Shown here piece by piece: positions 1 to 11,332 of a stretch of DNA of 64,000 nt (its first letter is position 1; every line of letters begins with the position of its first letter). Source of the DNA: Mobula hypostoma (lineage: Eukaryota); contig NC_086097.1 of NCBI RefSeq assembly GCF_963921235.1, forward strand, positions 60,514,001-60,578,000, read 5' to 3'. The notes beneath the pieces were generated by a model, which was not told the origin of the DNA, made no database searches, and saw only the letters and a list, made by a program, of their open reading frames with translations. The translations under genes were made by a program, and so were the position numbers.

Positions 1-722
1 TCCATAATATTTGACAATTGACTGAATCGTCATGATCTATGGAGAGCAAACGTTTGAAAAAGTAATGTCATTGTAAAGTTTTGAACTGGCAATTTTGACT
101 AGAATGATTACATTCAGTCATTCTGTCAGCAGGAAATAAGACCTGACTGTAAATGGCAACTCCAACATAAATCACCCAAGGAATGAACATCATTTCCATG
201 ATAACAGGGCCAGGAACAAAGAAGAATTTATTGGCCATCAAAAAAGTAGGGAAAAGAAAGTGTTAGAGGGTTTTCAGATCTCTCTGAATAATTTGTCAAT
301 GACCTTGTTTTTATTAAGCCTGCGATTAAAAACCTGCCGCCGTCTGGTTTCAAGAATGAGCCATTACTGAGAAAACTCTGCACATTTGAAGTGGGTGATC
401 TGAACCAAGCTGAAAAACAGGCTTCAAGTCTGCTTAGAATTACATAATGTTGCCACCTGCATGTTAAACACCTCCAGAGGCAAATTACCCAAGAAATGTC
501 TCAAATAATACCCGACTTAAAACTAGATTAGACAACTTTTAAAAACCTTTTGATGTGAGAAATAGGAATGCAAAACTGGCCTTTTTACTCACATTTTACT
601 TCTTTCATTTGCTTTTCTCACATTAAAGGCCCTTCCTGAATTATAACAGAAAATCTACTAACTTACAAATAATATCTACCCCAGTTGTTGAGGGAACAGC
701 CCTGAAAAAATTCTCTTGGGGA

Positions 723-1322
723 TGTAGGGTTCTCAGAAATACTCATTGTAATGTTAATTGTTAAGGCTGACAAAGTGGCTTCTCTGTACTGTTAACTGCT
801 GAGTAAAGTGTTCTCTGTAGCAGCATGTTTGGGTTATAATTAGTAATAACGGGACTTGTATTCATTTGCTAGCCAATGGAAGTCATGTTATTCTATCTGT
901 ATGTGTGGTAACCGGAGGAGCGGGCTTTTGGTGGCGGAGAAGAGAAGAGGTCGGATGTGGGTCGAGCGCTCTGGTAGATCACCGGGAGTGATTCCACCCG
1001 AGGGTCGACGGTGTGCGGAGGAGATCGAGGGGAGGAACGGATGCCGAATTTCCTGAGCTCCAACAAATTATTTGTGCACAGAAATGATAAAATTTACTGA
1101 TTTGGCACCTTTATTTTATTTGTTTCTACTAACCCATCACCAAGAAATAATTATAAAGTGTAATCATTTACTTGCCTATTGTGTACCGTCTGATATTCTA
1201 TGTCGTGGGCTTGTACCGGGGTGCAATCACACAGTATCCACACCAACGCGATTACAGAGTTGGCAGGGTCAATGCCAGTTTACCCTAGACGAACGGGAGT
1301 CAAGTGGGGCATAGTCGCTACA
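723..1322 (+). repeat. 5' LTR (600 bp)
   Basis: Starts TGTAGGGTTCTCAG, ends TAGTCGCTACA; repeated at 7958-9251. Confidence 0.95.
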
Positions 1323-1341
1323 TGCTTGTCTGGGATTTGAA
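1323..1341 (+). promoter_or_regulatory. Decayed tRNA-Pro primer-binding site
   Basis: TGCTTGTCTGGGATTTGAA directly after the LTR, versus canonical tRNA-Pro PBS TGGGGGCTCGTCCGGGATTTGAA (G-run shortened, two CpG>TpG changes). Confidence 0.75.
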
Positions 1342-1385
1342 TTTTCACGGATACTGTGTAATTTGTCCGGGTTAAATTAGTGAAG

Positions 1386-2735
1386 ATGGACCCGGATAAG
1401 ATTGAATGCTGGTGTGAGATTGAGGAAGTACCGGTTAATCATTCCTGCGTATTAAGTGGGGTGGATATACGTACCTCAGAGGAAGTGTTAATTCGATGGT
1501 TGAGTACGGTAAAAGCTGTAGGTAAAGTTGAAATCGTAGACAGAAGGTTTGGTAAAATGGCGGAGGCCGGATTTGTGTTAGTTCAGACTCGTGCTGATGT
1601 CACGGCAGCGGGACAGCCAGCGTCTATTGGTGACCACGGTGAAGCGGGATAGTGGACCGTGCACACTGTCACGGAGGGAGGGTCTGATAGGACACCAGAG
1701 GAGTTGCCTGATGCTGGGGGCAGAGATTTTAGAGATCGGGTCCTGTTGTTCCTGAAGGATGAAGGAAGGGAGTGGACAGATTTGGAAGTTTTACTTAGGC
1801 CCCACCCCCACGGATAAGTAGTCCCCATCTCCCACGGAAGGGTGAGGGCTCTGAGTTGGCCTCAGCCATTAACTCCCTGGTGAACAAGGCGGCGGGTCCT
1901 TGTCAGAAGTTAAGAGTTCTCTCTGGGAGGACTCCCACCCCCGTAGGGGAAGACGATTATGAGATATGGATAGAGCACATGTCTCAGCTGCTAGATGAGT
2001 GGCAGTGTTCTGAGAAAGAAAAGAGGCAGCGATTGGTTGAGTGTTTGAGGGGGTGGCAGCTGAGGTAGTAAGAGGGGTGAAAGTTAATCAGCCTTCTGCT
2101 TCTCTGACTATCTAAAAGCATTAGAGGAGGCTTTCGGTCTGACGGGGGAGCACAGTGGAGCTTTTAGGGGTGCTTCGGAACCTGCGTCAGGAGAAAGGGA
2201 AAAAGCTTTCTGAGTATCTTTTCCAGATAGACCGATGGCTAAATCATTTGAGGCTCTGGGGGGTCATTTCGGGGACTGAGGTGGATTGGATAAGGATAGA
2301 CCAGGTAGCCAGGGGCGTACATGATTGCTATGGGTTTCCGGCAGTCCCGGAGAATGCGGTCCCCCGGTCCTTCGTTCAGTTGCTCAGGGAGGTGAGGGAG
2401 GAGGAGGACACATGGGAGTCGGAAGAGGGCTCCGTGGGTACAGTGCAGTTATCAGTAGTGGCACCTTGTGGTGAAGTGACTGAGGCCAGCTTCACTTGGG
2501 AAATAGTAAAGGGTGCCACGGCAAGAGGGGTTCCTCCGCATGAAGGGACCAGCAGAGAGGGCCCCTCCCTGAAGGGACGGACTGCACCAAGGCCCATGGG
2601 AGGCCGGGGTCCCGTGAGACGAGGTGTGTGTTATAACTGTGGGGAAGAGGGGCACTTCAGGCAGGAATGTGAACGCCCCTCAGAGCGCGAGTCCACGGGT
2701 GTCCCAGCAGGGAGAAGGGTCAGGAAACTTATAGG
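1386..2735 (+). pseudogene. gag: gag pseudogene, PNMA/Ma-family capsid plus CCHC zinc knuckle
   Basis: MDPDKIECWCEIEEVP...LSGV (PNMA N-terminal-like), LRVLSGRTPTPVGEDDYEIWIEH...EKRQRLVECLRG (PNMA capsid-like), CYNCGEEGHFRQEC; broken across ORFs 1380, 1856 and 2155. Confidence 0.88.
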
Positions 2736-3624
2736 AGACCCAGTGAGGGAAGGGCCTGGAGTCTCTGGGAAAACACATTCCCAGCAATGTGCCATGGGAC
2801 CCCCGGGAGGAAAAGACCCTATCCCAGAAGGATTGGTGACACCCCGATCCAGTGTGTCAATTCGGATAGAGGGAATAGATGCAAAAGCCATACTCGGTAC
2901 TGGGTCGCAGGTCACGTTACTGTACCGTTTGTTCTACGATCAGTGTTCGCAGCATTACCCTTGACACCCTTCAGTGCACTGGAAATTTGGGGAGTCAGAT
3001 CTGGTGATTACCCATTCGATGGTTATTTGTCAGTGAAGCTGGAGTTCTTGGAGGCCGAGATGGCAGTGCCTGCAGCTAATGAGGCCTTGGTGCTGGTTTA
3101 CCCGGACCCTGATGAGACTGGGAGTGTGTCCATTCTGGTGGGGACCAACACCCCCATTGTACGGAGGCTCCTGGAGGCCTGCAAGGAGCAGGCAAGTGAG
3201 GAGTTTTTGGAGACCCTGTCGGTGCACCCAGTGTTTCAAGATGCTTTGAAGTAAGTGTGTGGCCGCAATGGGCTGGACACAGAATTTAAGAGAGGAATGG
3301 TGTGGTGTGCCCAGTCGAAGCCCAGGGTGGTATGACCCGGGGAAGTAGCGAGAGTGATAGGGACCCCCAGATCCCCTGGGGTGCCTGAGGATGAAACCCT
3401 TTTAGTGGACGCCCCGGAAGATCTCGAGGAGGAATCGAGATTTTCGGCTGGGGTGCTGGTGGGACCTGAGTTGCAGAAGCCCTCAGTGGTACAGGCACAC
3501 AGGATGGTGGTGATCGTCAGGAACACTATGGAAAGGGAGGTCATCTTTAAGCAAGGGATGCCCTTGGCACAGTCGTTCCCGGTAATGGTGATGCATAGTG
3601 CCCCCGTGAGGCTCGCTGGGTGAG

Positions 3625-4357
3625 AGTCATAGTCATTCTTTATTGATCACGGGGGAAATAGGTTTTCGTTACAGTTGCACCATAAATAATTAAATAGTAA
3701 TAAAACCATAAATAGTTAAATAGTAATATGCAAATTATGCCAGGAAGTAAGTCCAGGACCGCCTATTGTCTCAGGGTGTCTGACCCTCCAAGGGAGGAGT
3801 TGTAAAGTTTGATGGCCACAGGCAGAAATGACTTCCTATGATGCTCTGTGTTGCATCTCGCTGGAATGAGTCTCTGGCTGAATGTACTCCTGTGCCCAAC
3901 CAGTCTATTATGTAGTGGATGGGAGACATTGTCCAAGATGGCATGCAACTTGGACAGCATCCTCTTTTCAGACACCACCGTCAGAGAGGCCAGTTCCATC
4001 CCCACAACATCACTGGCCTTACGAATGAGTTTGTTGATTCTGTTGGTGTCTGCTACCCTCAGCCTGCTGCCCCAGCACACAACAGCAAACATGATCGCAC
4101 TGGCCACCACAGACTCATAGAACATCCTCAGCATCGTCCGGCAGATGTTAAAGGACCTCAGTCTCCTCAGGAAATAGAGACGGCTCTGACCCTTCTTGTA
4201 GACAGCCTCAGTGTTCTTTGACCAGTCCAGTTTATTGTCAATTCATATCCCCAGGTATTTGTAATCCTCCACCATGTCCACACTGACACCCTGGATGGAA
4301 ACACGGGTCACCGGTACCTTAGCTCTCCTCAGGTCTACCACCAGTTCCTTAGTCCTT
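3625..4357 (-). mobile_element. 5'-truncated Rex1/Babar-like LINE inserted in pol
   Basis: C-terminal ORF MLRMFYESVVASAIMFAVVCWG...RKSFLPVAIKLYN, AATAAA plus (ATGACT)n tail on the minus strand; AGAG on both sides. Confidence 0.88.
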
Positions 4358-4672
4358 AGAGCTATTGGAAAACAGGGATCAGTTGACCACTGAGGCTTTT
4401 AACTTTGGGGCCTCACCTGTGCCGGAGCATTGGAAGCAGAGGCTGGTGGAGAAGATAATGATGCTGAAAGATGTTTTCTCACTTGACAAATTTGATGTGG
4501 GTTGTTCCAGGAGCACTCGCCACACCATCCGGGTGACTGAGGACATTCCGTTTCAAGAGAGGTCATGGCAACTGGACCCTGCCGACGTGGAAGATTCGTA
4601 TGTGTGTGGAATACAGGACCCTGAACAGGCGCACCGTCCCTGACCAGTCTACGGTCCCAAGGGTGGAAGACA

Positions 4673-4817
4673 GCCTGAGTCAGTGGTGGAGGCAGATACA
4701 CTCGTGAAGTTTAAGAGACTAATAGACAGGTATATGGAGGAATTTAATGTGAGGGGTTATATGGGAGGCAGGTTTTGTGGGTCGAAGGGCTGTACTATTC
4801 TATGTTCTATGGTCTAT
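4673..4817 (+). mobile_element. Short CR1 3'-end fragment inserted in the RT domain
   Basis: GTGGTGGAGGCAGATACA...TTTAAGAGACT...GACAGGTATATGGA with (TTCTATG)n tail, lying between the RT motifs PRVED and VLDLRSG. Confidence 0.82.
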
Positions 4818-7800
4818 GTACTGGACCTGAGGAGTGGATATTACCAGACCCCGATGAGTGAGGCTGATAAAGAGGAAATGGCATTCATATGCCCGCTGGG
4901 ATTTTTCCAGTTCAAAAGGATGCCCCAGGGCATATCAGGAGCCCCTGCCACCTTTCAGAGGGTCATGGAGAAGATGGTGGGGGATATGAACCTGCTTGAA
5001 GTGCTGGTATATCTGGATGACCTGATAGTATTTGGATCCACCTTGGAAGAACACGAAGCAAGGTTAATGAAGGTGCTGAACCGACTGAAGGATGAAGGAT
5101 TAAAAATTTTCCTTGGATAAATGTCAGTTCTGCCAGACATCTGTTAGCTCTGTTGGACACACAATCTTGCGGAGTGGAGTAGTGACTGACCCGGCTAAGA
5201 TCGAAGCGGTGACCACTTGTTCAAGGCCCCAGCCCGTGAGTGCTCTGCGCTCATTCTTGGGGCTCTGTGGATACTACCGGTGATTTGTGAAGGGCTATGC
5301 CAAGGTGAGTCATCCCTTGAATCAGCTTCTGCGGGACTACCTTCCCCTGGGACAGAAAGGGAAAGGGATGAGAGGACGGGAGGTTGGAGAATATCTGAAC
5401 CCATCTGAGCCCTTTGGACAGAGGTGGGATGACAAACATGAGGAGGCTTTTCAGTCGCTGAAAGAGATGCTGACTCAGGCTCCAGTGCTGGCTTTTGCAG
5501 ACCCCCGATTGCCCTATGTGCTATACACCGATGCCAGCTATGAGGGATTAGGGGCCGTCCTGGATCAGGATCAGGGCTCCGGACTGAGGCCCGTAGCGTT
5601 TGTCAGCTAGAGTTTGTCATCCTCTGAGAGAAACTATCCCACCCACAATTTGGAGTTACTGGCGTTGAAATGGGCTGTGGTGGATAAGCTGAGTGACTAT
5701 CTCTACGGGGCCAAGTTTGAGGTGAGGTTGGACAACAACCCACTCACCTACATCCTGACCTCGGTGAAACTGGATGCCACAAGCCATCAGTGGCTGGCAG
5801 CCTTGTATGTATATGATTTCAGCCTGAAGTACCAGCCAGGGAGCCGGAATGTCGACGCGGATGCCCTGTCCCGATGGAGGCATAAAGAACTGGAGAGGGA
5901 CAAGGAGTGGGAGAGTGTTCCTGCATCCGGGGTGAAGGCATTGTGTCAGTTTCCAATCACCGCGGAGGCCGAGGAAAAGGAGAGGCCGGATCATGCAGTG
6001 GACCCATTGGGGGCATCTGCTGACACCCTAACCCCAGGTTACTGTGACCTGACTGCTCTGAAGACCATGCAGCTGCTGGAGTTAAGCCCTGAGGGAGTGG
6101 CCACTGCTCAGCGAGATGACCCAGGCATTGGCCCTGTCTGGCACGCAGCTGAAGAGGGGGATGTGACATGGGCGGAGAAGGCAAAACACGTTTCAGTGTC
6201 TCTGTTACTGAGGGAGTGGCTTCGGTTGGGTTGCAGAACCAAATTTTATACCAGGTAAAGTCACCCCCAGACCGACCTCGGTATTGGCAGCTGGTCCTGC
6301 CGGAGAAGTATCGGAAGGTTGTGTTAAGTCATTCTATGATGACTCTGGACATCTAGGGGTGGAAAAGACCTATGTATTACTCTAGGACCGGTTTTACTGG
6401 CCCCGAATGAGGTTGGAGGATGAAGAGTACTGCAAGTCCTGCATTTGTTGCATATGCCGGAAGACGCTGCCTGGGCAGGCTGCCCCTTTGTCCCACTTGC
6501 AGAGTCCGGGGCCTTTGGACCTGGTGTGTATGGATTACCTGGCCTTAGAACCCGATGCCAGCAACATGGCAAATGTTTTGATCATCACGGACCACTACAC
6601 CAGGTATGCTCAAGCTTTTCCTACCAAGGGTCAGAGGGCGACTACAGTGGCGAAAGTGCTAAGGTATTTTGTGCATTATGGCCTTCCTCGGCAGATCCAT
6701 AGTGACCAGGGATGGGACTTTGAGAGTAAGCTCATCTATGAGTTACTGGGCATGCTGGGGGTTGAAAAGTTGAAGACCACGCCTTATCATCCACAGGGCG
6801 ATCCCCAGCCGGAAAGGTTCAATCAGATGCTGCTAGAAATGCTCGGGACTCTGGAGATCAGCAAAAAGAACAGATGGAGTCGGCATATTGGGCATCTGGT
6901 TCACTGTTACAACTGTACATGCAACGAAGCTACTGGATACTCGCCCTATTATCTTACGTTCGGGCATGAGGCAAGGTTGCCCATTGACCTTTGTTTCGGG
7001 ACTGATGCGGGTGAGGTGTCGCCGAAGCCTTACTTGAGGTAGGTGTCTGATATGAGCAAAGAGCTGAAAGGGTGTACGAGTTGGCTGGGGGGGCGGGGGG
7101 TGGCTGCCGGGCAGAATTGGGGATATAAAAGGAGATATGACCAGAAAGTAAAGTTCCCTCAACTCCTACCAGGAGACCGAGTCCTCATAAGGAATCTGGG
7201 ATTACCTGGAAAGCACAAACTGGCGGATTGCTGGGTGGCTACGCCTTATGTGGTGGAGAGTCAGATGCCAAACTTACTGGTCTTCTGGGTGCAGCCCGAG
7301 GATGAAAGGGGCCTGTCAAGATTCTCCTTCAGAATCACCTGTTGCCCCTGGGGCAAGTGGTACAGGTAGAGAGGGAGCCTGACGCGGCGGCTGCACCTAG
7401 TAAAGGACTCAGCGTACCCGCGGGTCAACGGAAAAGCCCACCCCAGAAGAGACAGACCCAGACCCAGCCCCTGTGGGGGATACTGATTCTGAGGATGATG
7501 ATTTGGACTGTTGGTACCCGTTGCCGTTCGCTGATGCCTCCGTGGTGGAGGAAGAGACCACTGGGTTAGATGGAGTAAGGGGGGTTAGTGATGGACAGTC
7601 GGTGGTACCACAGGGCGCTGAAGGAGAGGATGTGGAGCTTGAACGAGGGAGAGACGGCTCTGGGGTGCAGAGGGGTTTGAGTGACCGCTCGCGGGAGGGT
7701 TCGCCACGTCGCTCCCAAGGTCCCCTGTAGTGTCTGAGGTGGAAGAGTTCGAAGAGGGGGTAGACAGGTCTCAGAGAAGTAGGAACCTCCCAGGGAGGTT

Positions 7801-7944
7801 GGCCTATGTAGCACCTGGGGAAAAGGGTGTGGTCTCCACAGTTTTGGGGTGCAGTGTCACTGCTTTCTGCACTTGGATTGGGCTTTGTGTTTTGCAGGAA
7901 AGGATGGCAAATAATTTGAACGTCATGAGGGCATGACTAAATTT

Positions 7945-7957
7945 GGTGGGGGGAGAA
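7945..7957 (+). promoter_or_regulatory. Polypurine tract
   Basis: GGTGGGGGGAGAA immediately before the 3' LTR TG. Confidence 0.88.
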
Positions 7958-9251
7958 TGTAGAGTTCTCAGTAATACTCATTGTAATGTTAATTGTTAAG
8001 GCTGACAAAGTGGCTTCTCTGTACTGTTAACTGTTGAGTAAGGGGTTCTCTGTAGCAGCATGTTTGGGTTATAATGAGTGATAACGGGACTTATATTCAT
8101 TTGCTGGCCAATGGAAGTCATATTATTCTATCTGTATGTGTGGGAACCAGAGGAGAAGTGCGGGCTTTTGGTGGAGGAGAAGAGAAGAGGTCAGACGTGA
8201 GTCGAGCACTTGGTAGATCACCAGGAGTGATCCCAGCCAAGGGTCAATGGAGCTCGGAGGAGATCGAGGGGAGGAATGGATGCCGAAGTTCATGAGCTCC
8301 AACAAATTATTTGTGCACAGAACTGATAAAATTTACTGATTTGGCGCATTTATATTATTTGTTTCTATAACCTCTGTTTCCATCCAGGGGGTCAGTGTGG
8401 ACATGGTGGAGGATTACAAATACCTGGGGATACGAATTGACAATAAACTGGACTGGTCAAAGAACACTGAGGCTGTTTACAAGAAGGGTCAGAGACGCCT
8501 CTAATTCCTGAGGAGACTGAGGACCTTTAACATCTGTCGGACGATGCCGAGGATGTTCTACGAGTCTGTGGTGGCCAGTGCTATTATGTTTGCTGTTGTG
8601 TGCTGGGACAGCAGGCTGAGGGTAGCAGACACCAACAGAATCAACAATCTCATTTGTAAAGCCAGTGATGTTGTGGGGATAGAACTGGACTCTCTGACGG
8701 TGGTGTCTGAAACGAGGATGCTGTCCAAGTTGCATGCCATCTTGGACAATGTCTCCCATCCACTACATAATGTACTGGTTGGGCACAGGAGTACATTCAG
8801 CCAGAGACTCATTCCACCGCGATGCATCACAGAACGTCATAGGAAGTCATTCCTGCCTGTGGCCATCAAACTTTACAACTCCTCCCTTGGAGGGTCAGAC
8901 ACCCTGAGCCAATAGGCTGGTCCTGGACTTATTTCCTGGCATAACTTACATATTACTATTTAACTATTTATGGTTTTATTACTATTTAATTATTTATGGT
9001 GCAACTGTAACGAAAACCAATTACCCTCGGGATCAATAAAGTATGACTATGACTATGACTAACCCATCACCGAGAAATAATTATAAAGTGTAATCATTTA
9101 CTTCTCTATTGTGTACCATCTGATAATTATGTCGTGGACTTGTACCTCAGTACAATCATATAGTATCTACACCAACGCAATTACAGAGTTGGTAGGGTCA
9201 ACGCCAGTTTACCCTAGACGAACAGGAGTCAAGTGGGGCATAGTCGCTACA
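7958..9251 (+). repeat. 3' LTR, interrupted by a LINE
   Basis: Matches the 5' LTR over 7958-8372 and 9060-9251; about 11 mismatches in the first ~190 bp by eye. Confidence 0.95.
8373..9059 (+). mobile_element. 5'-truncated Rex1/Babar-like LINE in the 3' LTR (same family as 3625-4357)
   Basis: Near-identical ORF (8544-8915), AATAAA plus (TATGAC)n tail, TAACC at both junctions; absent from the 5' LTR. Confidence 0.9.
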
Positions 9252-11044
9252 GGGAAATCAAGAACAAGATCAACTTTTGACTGAAAGAAGGCAAGAATGC
9301 TGATGACCTTAGCAGCATGCCTGGGCAAAATCGAGAAATCGACTGCAGAACAAGAAAATGTACAAACATTTAATGGCCTGATAATGTCCCAGGTGCACAG
9401 TAAACAGCTGAGTAACCTCTGTAAGGAATCAATATCAATGATGAGATTTGCAATAGCTTCTGTGTATGAGGCACAGGAAAACAAGAAAAGAGAGGTTGAA
9501 TGGCAGATAAATGTGAAATAAATGAAGATGAGAGCTGAATGCACTGGAATAAACCTGCATAAAGCTTTTTAATTTGGCTCAAAAGATCAAAAAATACATC
9601 ATCTGTCAGAAGAGGCAGTTTCATCTCCACAAGATACAAAGAAAACATTTTTATTAATCTTGACAGAAGGAACACTAGACTTATTCACAGGCTGCAGAGG
9701 AATTTGAGAATAATATACCATCATCTCCCTCTCTCTAGTTGGATCTGGAAATAATATTGACTATAAGGCTCTTAGGAAGTCAAGAAAGAGGTGCATGATT
9801 GTGATTACAGCTATTTTATTAGATTTCCCTAAATAAATAACAGTAAAGCACAGCAGCAGGTCACTAACTCTAACTGTAATCAACTCACTCTTCTGTAAGG
9901 ATGAAAGGAACGAAGGGAACAATGGAACTACCTTGAAGCTGGCCTTTATATTGAGAACTAGTTCAAGCTGAGTAGATAAGGGAATTCTCCAATAAGGAGA
10001 ACTTTGATTTACAGTGACATGGCATCCCAGGTTTACAGACAAAGGGACTACAAAAATACAGAACCAGCTATACTATCAATTACTGAAAAGCTACTGAATA
10101 TTTACAAGCAGTAGAATATACATATATTCAAACAAGCATAAAGATAAACTACAAGAAAATTGAAAAAGTTTGATGCCACTCCAACACTCCAGCCATTTGT
10201 TCTGGATGGACTTCCGACCTGTCTGTGGGCACAGATATCCATCCTGCTTTAACCGCAGCAAATGTCATTTCTGCTAAAGTCAGTACTGGAAATATTGCTA
10301 GACTAACACGTCTCTTAAGACTGATAATCTTCTTCCTGCTCCATAAGCCACACAGATGATTCTCCATCTGATTCAACTTTCACCTTCCAAAATTCCATGA
10401 ACCCCAGAATCCAAACGACTCCTGCCTGCACATTGGTTCACTTACCTACGGCTCCTTATCTTACTAAAATTGATTGGCGTTCAGGCTCCATCCTCACAAG
10501 CAATGAGCTAATCCCCTCCTTCTAGATGCACAACATAACAAATTTTAAATTCTCATCAGGGTCTTTGAATATTTTCACAGACTCACTCAAGTCAACCTTT
10601 ACAATCTTCTCCAACATCTCTCTCAGATCCATGAATTTAGCCGACAAACTGTTTCAAATAGTTTGTGATCAAATCTTCAATCAGTTCAGTCCTGCCCTCT
10701 GGAACTACTTTCTTTCATCTCTGCACCATCTTTGGCAAACAATCACAAAACTTCTTGATTGTGTTTCCACATTAATTCACCAACTTCATACAAGGGAATT
10801 TCAAAGGAACTGTCAGAATTTCCCTTCAAAGGAAAGTGAGTTATCCTTTGACCACTTACCAAAAAAATTACCAGTTTCCATGATCTTTATGGAATTTTAA
10901 GGACTGTGTCGATCTGGGTCTGCCTTGACTTTGCAAATTTCCACTTATTATTTTGGTTTGGGAAGGATCCATCTTATCAGTTACGCAGGCATTGAAAAGC
11001 ACATCTTAAAATATATTTTTTCATATCACAAGTATTTTACTTCC

Positions 11045-11330
11045 AAGTTCAAGTTTAATTATCTTTCAACCATATATGAATACAGCCAAATGAAACAGTG
11101 TTCCTGTGGGGCCAAGATGCAACACACATTACCAATAACACATAGTACATAGCACATATGGTTACCATTTCAGAAAAGCATACAGTTATAATGAAAAAGA
11201 TATATAGCCCAAGTCCCTGAGTGGCATGACTGTAACTTTGGTACAGCTTGTTCTTCCACCAAGCAAACACTGGAGGGCAGCACTGAGTGAACGCTGAAGA
11301 GCAGCACCGATGGGAGGGGCCAAGAGGTCA
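11045..11330 (-). mobile_element. LINE (Rex1/L2-type) 3' UTR fragment
   Basis: (TTCAAG)n-like tail plus TTTAATT followed by a typical 3' UTR on the minus strand. Confidence 0.45.
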
Positions 11331-11332
11331 AT

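Larger units (their letters stand above)
2720..7370 (+). pseudogene. pol: pol pseudogene: protease, RT, RNase H, integrase
   Basis: AILGTGSQVT (DTG site mutated), LDLRSGYYQ...MPQG...YLDDL, YTDAS...ELLAL...DNNPL...ADALSR, H2C2 remnant, rve core (DYL..DHYTRY..SDQG..ERFN); interrupted by LINE insertions and stops. Confidence 0.93.
723..9251 (+). mobile_element. Full-length, degenerate Ty3/Gypsy LTR retrotransposon with PNMA-like gag
   Basis: Two similar LTRs (TG...CA), 4-bp TSD GGGA (719-722 and 9252-9255), PBS, PPT, and gag-PR-RT-RNaseH-IN order with many stops and frameshifts. Confidence 0.96.

Noticed and set aside
1380..2964. Domesticated host PNMA gene
   Set aside because: It has multiple stops and frameshifts and sits inside a full LTR element with pol
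7370..7940. env-like or accessory ORF after the integrase
   Set aside because: Acidic low-complexity fragments that look like the frameshifted integrase tail; no signal peptide, furin site or fusion peptide seen
9297..9521. 74-aa ORF as a host exon
   Set aside because: No recognisable family or clear splice context; another frame shows a Gypsy-like motif
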